Below, one piece after another: positions 25,295 through 32,658 of a stretch of DNA of 35,354 bases. Each line of letters begins with the position of its first letter. The stretch's first letter is position 1. A program made the position numbers and the translations under genes. The notes under the pieces are model-generated. The model had not been told where the DNA came from. It did no database searches and saw only the letters and a program-made list of their open reading frames with translations. The stretch comes from Candidatus Bathyarchaeia archaeon (GTDB lineage: Archaea > Thermoproteota > Bathyarchaeia > 40CM-2-53-6 > JAVZFM01): the NCBI GenBank assembly GCA_038872815.1, contig JAVZFM010000001.1:1-35354 (forward strand), read 5' to 3'.

Positions 25295-25630
25295 TTGGAG
25301 TTTAAAGAAAAAGAATTAATAAAAAATGGAGTAGCTTATCGTTTAAGCTTTTTAAAACTAGAAAATGCGATTATTGCATTTTTTTATGAAAATAGCATAA
25401 GGCTTGGAACATTAGCTATTGCTTTGCCTAAGATAGATGCGTTTAGCATGCCTAGATCGTCTGTTATTCTTGGAGGAAAGTTTTTAATGGCAAGTAGGAT
25501 ATTAGCTGAAAGAATAGCTCATTCATTCAATAAAATTGGAATAGTATCTATTTATTCAAGCTTACAAGAAAATGAAGCTTTCAAGATATTCATGAAATTG
25601 CTTGAAGATTTTTTAAAAAATTCTAAGTAA
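25295..25630 (+). CDS. Hypothetical small protein with PAC4 (proteasome assembly chaperone 4)-like sequence pattern
   Basis: 111 aa with a TTG start. The stretch AIIAFFYENSIRLGTLAIALPK...SSVILGGK...SRILAERIAHSFNKIGIVSIYSS resembles, from memory, human PSMG4 ...SLFLWVGATPHLRNLAVAMCS...STSLLGD...TGLAQRLARKTNKQVFVSYNL. Confidence 0.35.
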   Translation: MEFKEKELIKNGVAYRLSFLKLENAIIAFFYENSIRLGTLAIALPKIDAFSMPRSSVILGGKFLMASRILAERIAHSFNKIGIVSIYSSLQENEAFKIFMKLLEDFLKNSK

Positions 25631-25631
25631 A

Positions 25632-26915
25632 CTAATAAGAAATTTCTCTAACAGGTGGAGCTTTTCCAAGTACTCTCTCACTTGCTTTTAAAACAGCTTC
25701 ACGATATTCCTCTTTAGTGTATACACGGACTATATTCATAAAAACTTTCATTACATCGATTATTCTTGAGAGCTCAGCTAGCTTTAAAGGAATTTTTTCT
25801 CCAACCTTTGTTTTCTTAAAAATTGGAATTTCCATTGGTTCTATTTCTACTGCATAATGATAAGGAACAGAAGGTAAAGATGGAGCATCTATGTATACGT
25901 CATCTACACTAACTTTTGCCATAGAGGCTATTTCTTCTTCAATGCTTTTTCTAACACTTTCATTTATAAGAATGCTTGAAATCAATTCATCTTTAATGAA
26001 AAAAGTTTTTTCATAAGCACATTTTAAAAGTCTTCTCCTTTCAATATCGTTTATTATTTTTTTTGAACTTTGGCATTGATTTAGTATGGCCCAAACTACA
26101 TAATCGTTAAGTGAAAGATAATCTTCTGGAGTTTTAAAGCCTGTTAAGCCCAATTCATCTTTAGCCCCCTCTAAAGCTTTAAGGAGCATTATTTGTACAG
26201 CTCTTGAAGCTCTATGGAAATAAATGGTTCTAAAAGATTCAAGCCTTGCTAACAAAAAAGTTTCTAAAGTTGGTATAGCTGTTAAGTCTATGGCTAAATT
26301 ATCGTTAAGTATATCCATTGTATATATAATTCTAAAAATATCTATTTGCCCATAACCTGCTCCTGTATGGTATGAATCTCTTGAAACAAAATCCATTTTA
26401 TCAACATCGACTGAGCTTCTCATTATTTGATCAAGAAACTTCTTAGAAGGATCTTTAAGCTTTCCTATTGCAAGCTTCCCAATTCTTTCAGGATCAAAAC
26501 CTTCACTTTTTAAAACATCTGCTAACTCAGATTTTGTAATTATCCATAAAGTCATATCTTCATGGTTTTTATTTAAATACTTTATTAAAATTGGTTCAAA
26601 AAGATGAGAAAAAGGAGCGTGACCTACATCATGTAGCAATGAAGCTATTCTTATTTCATCTATTTCTTTTAAACTAAGCTTATTTTGTAAACTTTCAGTA
26701 AGTGTTTTTGCTAAAAACATCGTTCCAAGCGAATGCTCGAAGCGTGTATGGTTAGCTGCTGGATAGACGTACTCTGCTCCTGAAAGCTGACGTATTCTTC
26801 TTAATCTTTGAAATGGCCATGTATCTATAAGCTTTTTTTCAAAATCTGTTATACGTATATAGCCATAAAGTGGATCCTTTATAAAACCCCAATATAAGTT
26901 TGGTTTTGTACTCAT
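25632..26915 (-). CDS. HD-domain phosphohydrolase of the SAMHD1/COG1078 (dNTP triphosphohydrolase-like) family
   Basis: 427 aa. Motifs: RFEHSLGTMFLA, LLHDVGHAPFSH, VDVDKMDFVSRDSYHTG. Lies 14 nt downstream of the CBS gene on the same strand. Confidence 0.8.
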   Translation of the reverse strand: MSTKPNLYWGFIKDPLYGYIRITDFEKKLIDTWPFQRLRRIRQLSGAEYVYPAANHTRFEHSLGTMFLAKTLTESLQNKLSLKEIDEIRIASLLHDVGHAPFSHLFEPILIKYLNKNHEDMTLWIITKSELADVLKSEGFDPERIGKLAIGKLKDPSKKFLDQIMRSSVDVDKMDFVSRDSYHTGAGYGQIDIFRIIYTMDILNDNLAIDLTAIPTLETFLLARLESFRTIYFHRASRAVQIMLLKALEGAKDELGLTGFKTPEDYLSLNDYVVWAILNQCQSSKKIINDIERRRLLKCAYEKTFFIKDELISSILINESVRKSIEEEIASMAKVSVDDVYIDAPSLPSVPYHYAVEIEPMEIPIFKKTKVGEKIPLKLAELSRIIDVMKVFMNIVRVYTKEEYREAVLKASERVLGKAPPVREISY

Positions 26916-26929
26916 GAAAAATCTCCAAC

Positions 26930-28057
26930 TTAATATTCAAATTTTTTCTTTAAAATCCTTTTAGAACGTTTTTGAGAAACAATCTTTTTTATTTTGTCTA
27001 AAATAGAATCATAAATGCTTGAAAGCTCCCAGCCAAAATCTGAATAAGTAAACGTTTTTTTAGGAGTTTTTATGAATACATCTACTTCATATCTTTTTCT
27101 TCCTTTTTTTTCATTTTTTGGAGAAGTTTTTATGTTGGATTTTGCCTCAATGATTTTAAGAAAACTTTTTCTAAAAAATTTAATAATTCTTATAAACTTC
27201 ATTTTTGCTACTTCAGCTTCAAAAGGATCTTCTGGAAGCCCTATTATATAGATTGGCAATTCATTAGAATCGCTTACTTTTGGTAAAGTCTTCATATAAT
27301 CTCTATAAGTAATTATTCCTTGTAATTCTTCCCAAAGATTTATTAGGCAATAAGTTTTCTTTTTTTTAATCATCCTTTTGAGTATGCTTGAAATGCTTTC
27401 ATTCAGACTTTCCATTAATGGATTTTTATCCATAAACTCTTTGGCTGGAAAATCCATTATGCTTTTTATTTCTGGAATTATCGTTTCCTTTCCAAGTTTT
27501 TCAGGTTTAACCATTATAAAGACTATATCGCTTGATGTTAAAACTCCAAGGACTTTACCATTAAATGTTATCGGTAAATGATCTATTTTTTTATCGATCA
27601 TCATTCTTCTTGCTTTAGCAATGGAATCATTTTCTTTTAAAGTTATTGGATTCTTTGTCATTATACTACTTAGTTTTATTGTTTTTGGGATTTTATCTTC
27701 AATAGCTTTAAGTATGCTTAAAATCGTTATTTGGCCTATCAATTTATTGTTTTCTAATATTGGTAAAGCTTTAATCCTATAATCCATCATTATTTTAGCT
27801 GCTACATTAAGACTTGTAGTAGGTTGAAGCTTTGGAACAAAATTCATAATTGAAGAAACTTTTGTTTTTGAAATATCTTTAACGCTTAATAGATCTCTAA
27901 CAGTAACTATTCCTATTTTTCCAAGTTTTTCTACGAAAAGCTCGTAAGCATTTAATTCCTTAAGGATACTAATGGCCTTTGAAACAGGAGTAAGAGGATC
28001 AACTTTTATAGGAGTAGTTCTTAATTCATTCACACTTAAATCCATTATGCTTTCCAT
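26930..28057 (-). CDS. Four-CBS-domain (two Bateman modules) protein with a C-terminal HPF/RaiA (S30AE)-like domain
   Basis: 375 aa. Four repeats of the CBS pattern, each with a buried IG.IT..D/GV.T..D motif. The C-terminal 108 aa (26930-27256) fit a beta-alpha-beta-beta-beta-alpha pattern like HPF/YfiA. Confidence 0.6.
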   Translation of the reverse strand: MESIMDLSVNELRTTPIKVDPLTPVSKAISILKELNAYELFVEKLGKIGIVTVRDLLSVKDISKTKVSSIMNFVPKLQPTTSLNVAAKIMMDYRIKALPILENNKLIGQITILSILKAIEDKIPKTIKLSSIMTKNPITLKENDSIAKARRMMIDKKIDHLPITFNGKVLGVLTSSDIVFIMVKPEKLGKETIIPEIKSIMDFPAKEFMDKNPLMESLNESISSILKRMIKKKKTYCLINLWEELQGIITYRDYMKTLPKVSDSNELPIYIIGLPEDPFEAEVAKMKFIRIIKFFRKSFLKIIEAKSNIKTSPKNEKKGRKRYEVDVFIKTPKKTFTYSDFGWELSSIYDSILDKIKKIVSQKRSKRILKKKFEY

Positions 28058-28131
28058 AAATATCTTATTTTATGTAAACTCAAGTATAAAACTATTTATG
28101 GATGAATTAAAGGATTTGCTAAATCATATAA

Positions 28132-28518
28132 TTATGGAACAATTAATTTAACATACTCTATTTTTCTACTTGTTTGGAATAAATTGGCAAACTGTTTTAT
28201 TCTTTCAGCATCACCATCTAAAATAAAAATTTCAAGGCATTTATCTTCTTTTAAGTGGCTATGGATTTGTGTTTTAGTAATATCTTCAAATTCATGCTTT
28301 ATTTTTGTAACTATATCTTCTGCTTTTTGGCTATGGATTAACAAAAGGATTGGATTTAGCTTACCAACTAATTTTTCTCTTTCTTTATTATCTGCTATAA
28401 GCATCCTTGCTCCTGCTCTAATTACTTCTGACCTTCCAGAAAAACCAAGCTCTTTTTTTACTTCGTCTATTTCTTTAAGTATTTCCTCGTTCAAAGATAC
28501 ACTAATGATTTTTGCCAT
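28132..28518 (-). CDS. nikR: NikR-family ribbon-helix-helix metal-responsive transcriptional regulator
   Basis: 128 aa. The N-terminal RHH (IISVSLNEEILKEIDE...GFSGRSEVIRAGARMLI) is followed by an ACT-like domain with His/Cys ligand candidates (IHSQ..., HSHLKEDKCLEIFIL). Divergent from a metal ABC operon. Confidence 0.75.
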   Translation of the reverse strand: MAKIISVSLNEEILKEIDEVKKELGFSGRSEVIRAGARMLIADNKEREKLVGKLNPILLLIHSQKAEDIVTKIKHEFEDITKTQIHSHLKEDKCLEIFILDGDAERIKQFANLFQTSRKIEYVKLIVP

Positions 28519-28613
28519 GATTGTAGAATAATTATTAACTTATTTATAAATATTGCTATAAAAGTTATTAAGAAAAAATTTAAATATTAATAATCATCAT
28601 ATATTGAATAGAG
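28519..28613. promoter_or_regulatory. Divergent promoter/operator region between nikR-like gene and the metal ABC operon
   Basis: 95-bp, extremely A/T-rich spacer with several TATA-like elements and short palindromes (e.g. AATAATTATT). No specific operator can be assigned by eye. Confidence 0.4.
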
Positions 28614-29501
28614 GTGAAAAAAATAGTAAAAAAAATATTGCCCTTTTTTGTTGCAATTTTTGTCATTATTTGTTTAATTGATTTATGCTTTATTCTTCCA
28701 ATTCCGCAAACAGAAAGAATCGCCAACAAACAGGTAGGAGTAGTTGTGACCATACCCCCTCAGGCTGAATTTGTGGAAAGAATTGGCGGCAATAAAGTAA
28801 AAGTAACCATAATGGTCCCTCCAGGAGCAGACCCTCATACTTATGAGCCAACACCTTCTCAATTAAAAGAGGTTAGTATGGCAAAAATGTACGCTAAATT
28901 GGGTTCTGGAATTGAATTCGAGCTAGCATGGATGGACAAAATACTATCTATTAATAAAGAGATGTTAATTGTTGATTGTTCAAAAGGAATAGATCTTATA
29001 AAAGCAGAAGATGAGCTTTATGGAGTTGATCCACATATTTGGCTTTCTCCTAAAAACGTAAAGATAATGGTTGAAAACATATATCAAGGCCTAATTCAAA
29101 TTGGCCCTACTGACCAAGAATACTATAAAAGAAATAAAGAAAAATATTTACAAGAATTGAATGAATTAGATAATGAAATTGCTCAAATACTCTCTGGAAA
29201 AAAGATTAGAAAAATCTTGGTTTATCATCCAGCATGGGCATACTTTTGTAAAGATTATGGATTAGAGCAGATGTCAATTGAAAAGGAAGGTAAGGAACCA
29301 ACTCCACAAGAAATTGCTGATTTAATAAAACAAGCAAAAGAAAATAACATAACGGTAATTTTTGCATCACCAGAGTTTGATACAAAAGCAGCAGAGGTTA
29401 TAGCTAAAGAAATTAATGGGAAAGTTGTTTTGATAAGCCCTTTAGAAAAGAACTATTTAGAAAATATGCGAAAAATTGCTAAAACTTTTACAGAGGTTTA
29501 G
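28614..29501 (+). CDS. Cluster A-I metal (Zn/Mn/Fe; ZnuA/TroA/MntC-type) ABC substrate-binding protein
   Basis: 295 aa. GTG start, N-terminal TM anchor, and conserved metal-site contexts DPHTYEP and DPHIWLSP. Confidence 0.8.
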   Translation: MKKIVKKILPFFVAIFVIICLIDLCFILPIPQTERIANKQVGVVVTIPPQAEFVERIGGNKVKVTIMVPPGADPHTYEPTPSQLKEVSMAKMYAKLGSGIEFELAWMDKILSINKEMLIVDCSKGIDLIKAEDELYGVDPHIWLSPKNVKIMVENIYQGLIQIGPTDQEYYKRNKEKYLQELNELDNEIAQILSGKKIRKILVYHPAWAYFCKDYGLEQMSIEKEGKEPTPQEIADLIKQAKENNITVIFASPEFDTKAAEVIAKEINGKVVLISPLEKNYLENMRKIAKTFTEV

Positions 29502-29503
29502 AT

Positions 29504-30277
29504 TTGAGTAAAGAAATCGTTAGTTTAAGGAATGTAGAAGTTTGCTTTGATGGAATGCCTATTCTTGAAAATATAAGCCTTTCTATAGAACAAAATGATT
29601 TCCTTGCTATTATAGGCCCAAATGGTGGTGGAAAGACTACATTACTAAAAGTTATCCTTGGACTAATTAATCCTAATAAAGGAGATGTAAAAGTTTTTGG
29701 AGAAGAGCCTCAAAAAGCAAGAAAATTAATTGGTTATGTGCCTCAATATACTTTCTTCGATAGAGATTTCCCGATAAGTGTTTTTGATGTAATTCTTATG
29801 GGCAGGTATGGAGGAGTATTTAAAAATTATTCTAAAGAAGATAAAGAAGCAACTTTTAATGCCCTAAAAACTGTAGACATGCTTGAATTCAAAGATAGAC
29901 AAATTGGAAAGCTATCAGGTGGACAGTTACAAAGAGTTTTTGTAGCAAGAGCAATTGTAAGAGAACCAAAATTGCTTTTGCTTGATGAACCTATGTCAAG
30001 TATAGATCCTGGAATGCAAAAATCATTCTATGAATTACTTTTAAAGCTTAAGGAAAAAATGGCAATAGTTTTAGTAACCCATGACATTAGCGTTATTTCT
30101 GCTTATGTTGAAAAAATTGCTTGTTTAAATCGTAAATTATTTTATCATGGATCAATAGAAGCAGGGTTAAAAAAGCTTGAAGAAGTTTATCAATGTCCAA
30201 TAGAATTAATAGCTCATGGAATCCCACATAGAGTGCTAGGAAGGCATGATAAAAATGATAGAGATACTTCAATATGA
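29504..30277 (+). CDS. Metal ABC transporter ATP-binding protein (ZnuC/TroB-type)
   Basis: 257 aa. TTG start 6 nt after GAGGT. Walker [10 protein letters not shown], signature LSGGQLQR, Walker B LLLLDEP. Confidence 0.9.
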   Translation: MSKEIVSLRNVEVCFDGMPILENISLSIEQNDFLAIIGPNGGGKTTLLKVILGLINPNKGDVKVFGEEPQKARKLIGYVPQYTFFDRDFPISVFDVILMGRYGGVFKNYSKEDKEATFNALKTVDMLEFKDRQIGKLSGGQLQRVFVARAIVREPKLLLLDEPMSSIDPGMQKSFYELLLKLKEKMAIVLVTHDISVISAYVEKIACLNRKLFYHGSIEAGLKKLEEVYQCPIELIAHGIPHRVLGRHDKNDRDTSI

Positions 30278-31061
30278 ATTTATGAGAAATGCCTTAATTG
30301 CAGCTTTTTTAGTAAGTCTAACTTGTGGAATTGTAGGCACATACATAGTTATAAAGAGAATAGTGTTTATAAGCGGTGGAATTTCTCATGCTGCATTTGG
30401 TGGAATTGGTCTAGGATATTTGCTTAGAATAAATCCCATCCTTGCTGCTATTCCATTTAGTATATTGGTTGCACTTAGTATTGGAACTGTTAGTAAAAAA
30501 ACAAAAATTAGCGAAGATACGGCTATAGGGATATTATGGGCATTAGGTATGGCATTAGGAATTATTTTCATTACTATAAGTCCAGGTTATGCTCCCGATT
30601 TATTCAGCTATCTATTTGGATCAATTCTTACAGTATCTTTGTTTGATTTAATTATAATGCTTATCTTAAATATAATTATAATCTTTACAGTTATTCTATT
30701 CTATAAAGAGCTTTTAGCAATTTCATTTGATGAAGAGTTCTCAGAAGTTGTTGGAATTTCAACAAAAAGTTTTTATTTTATGCTTATATGTTTAGTTGCT
30801 TTAAGTGTTGTGATTTTAATAAGAGTTGTTGGTGCAATTCTTGTTATAGCATTACTGACAATCCCAGCAGCAATAAGCAAGCAATTTACCTATAACATTA
30901 AAAAATTAATGGTGCTTTCAACATTTATTGGAATTATTTTAACTGTAACTGGTTTATATCTATCTTATATATTTGATTTACCTTCTGGTGCAACTATTGT
31001 TTTAGTTTCAGGAGTAGGCCTTCTTTTTTCATCATTTTTAAAACATTTTATATCAATTTAA
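30246..31061 (+). CDS. Metal ABC transporter permease (ZnuB/TroC-type)
   Basis: 271 aa, polytopic. Overlaps the ATPase gene by 32 nt (or 23 nt if the start is the Met at 30255). Confidence 0.85.
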   Translation: MIKMIEILQYEFMRNALIAAFLVSLTCGIVGTYIVIKRIVFISGGISHAAFGGIGLGYLLRINPILAAIPFSILVALSIGTVSKKTKISEDTAIGILWALGMALGIIFITISPGYAPDLFSYLFGSILTVSLFDLIIMLILNIIIIFTVILFYKELLAISFDEEFSEVVGISTKSFYFMLICLVALSVVILIRVVGAILVIALLTIPAAISKQFTYNIKKLMVLSTFIGIILTVTGLYLSYIFDLPSGATIVLVSGVGLLFSSFLKHFISI

Positions 31062-31170
31062 GAAAATGTTTTACAGTTATTCTATTCTACCATTTAAAGT
31101 ATGCTATGCTTTAAATTCAAATATCGGTTAAAACCTTAAATGTAAATTATACGTATTAGAAAATTCTTAA

Positions 31171-32214
31171 GTGAAAAGCATGAAAAACTCTTTAAATTCT
31201 TTAAGCCTTAAAGTTTTATTATTCTTTTTAGCATTTAGCTTAAGAGTTTGGCATTTGTTTTCTTTAAACTATGATTGGTATGGAGATTCTTATCATCATT
31301 GGCTTATAAGTAGATTAACAATGGAAAACAATTTTTATTATACGGACTTTAAACCAAAAACTATGAACTTAGTTTGGCTTCCTTTATATCATTATTTGAG
31401 CGCTTTTTTAATGAAGTTAACAGGCCTAACAGATTTAACTATTCCTCATTTTATAAGTATTTTTTCTGGGAGCATTAGTTGTATCCTTGTTTTTGAAATA
31501 TCAAAAATAATATATAAAAAGAATTGGTTAGGAATTTTAGCTTCTTTAATACTTGCTTTTCAACCTTGGTTTATAGCCATAAACTCTTTAGCTCTTACTG
31601 AATCTTTATCGATCATGCTTGTTTTAGCAAGCCTTTATTACTATTTTAAAGAAAAACCAATACATTGTGCCTTAATTTCAGCTTTAGGCATGTTAGTAAG
31701 GTATGAGAATTGGCTTTTTTTTGGATTGATTTTCATTATAGGCTTGTATGAAAAAAAGTTAAAAGGCTTAAGCCTTTTAACTTTTTTAAGCTTAGGAATG
31801 CTTGTATTCTTTTCTTGGTCTTTTTGGAGCTTTATAAATACTGGAAATCCTTTTGAATGGGCTTTTTTACAAACAAGAATGAATGAAGTAGCGGTTTCTT
31901 GGGCAATAGGAAAGACAAAAAACTATTGGGATATTTTTCATTATTATGATTTAATTCTAAGAATGAGTTTTGGTATTTTTATGATTTCAATAATAATGGC
32001 TATAAGGGAAAAGAACAAGCTTGTTAAAACTTTGTTTTCAATTATGATGATTTTTCTCTTTTATAGAAGCTTAGAGTATTTCTTGAACATGAATCTGGGC
32101 GAAGAAAGGTTCATAGTAGCGTTATTGCCTTTTATGGCTATTCTAGCGGCACCTGCCTCAAATTGTGAAAAAAATTTTTATAAATTAAAATTGAAAAAAA
32201 AGCTTTTAATATGA
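31171..32214 (+). CDS. GT-C fold membrane glycosyltransferase-like protein (PMT_2/ArnT-like), membrane part
   Basis: 347 aa with about 10 hydrophobic segments. The first-loop acidic/aromatic motif DWYGDSYHHW is typical of this class. Ends at a TGA that is in frame with the next ORF. Confidence 0.55.
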   Translation: MKSMKNSLNSLSLKVLLFFLAFSLRVWHLFSLNYDWYGDSYHHWLISRLTMENNFYYTDFKPKTMNLVWLPLYHYLSAFLMKLTGLTDLTIPHFISIFSGSISCILVFEISKIIYKKNWLGILASLILAFQPWFIAINSLALTESLSIMLVLASLYYYFKEKPIHCALISALGMLVRYENWLFFGLIFIIGLYEKKLKGLSLLTFLSLGMLVFFSWSFWSFINTGNPFEWAFLQTRMNEVAVSWAIGKTKNYWDIFHYYDLILRMSFGIFMISIIMAIREKNKLVKTLFSIMMIFLFYRSLEYFLNMNLGEERFIVALLPFMAILAAPASNCEKNFYKLKLKKKLLI

Positions 32215-32223
32215 ATTGGACTA

Positions 32224-32658
32224 TTGATGCTAACTATAGCTCCTTTAATGAATCAAATATGGGTTTTCAATAAGAAAAGCTATACTTTACATCCAGAAAT
32301 TAGAGCTGGAAAATGGCTTAAGGAAAATTATTCTGGAGGAAAAATAATTTGTGATAGCCCTACAACGATTTACTATAGCGATTTAAACCCTAATTTATTT
32401 ATTAGCAGCGTTCATGTATTGAATGAATTGAAATATTTAAATGAGCCTTCAATAGAATCCTACTTGATAAATAATGATATTCGCTATATAGTATGGTTTA
32501 AAAACTCGTATTCAAATACTTGGAATATTTTTAGATTTTTAGAAAATAAAGAAACTTATAGGATAATCAATGTTGAGTTTAAGCTTGTTTATGCCGATAT
32601 AGGATGGGAGCATGATTATGGTGTACCATGTATTTATGTTTATGAAATAGAGCATTAG
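32224..32658 (+). CDS. Probable C-terminal (extracytoplasmic) domain of the preceding GT-C protein, separated from it by an in-frame TGA
   Basis: 144 aa in the same reading frame as 31171-32214. Only three sense codons lie between the TGA and this ORF. Read-through would give a complete TM helix (LLIxIGLLMLTIAPLMNQIWVF) followed by a soluble domain. Confidence 0.5.
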   Translation: MMLTIAPLMNQIWVFNKKSYTLHPEIRAGKWLKENYSGGKIICDSPTTIYYSDLNPNLFISSVHVLNELKYLNEPSIESYLINNDIRYIVWFKNSYSNTWNIFRFLENKETYRIINVEFKLVYADIGWEHDYGVPCIYVYEIEH

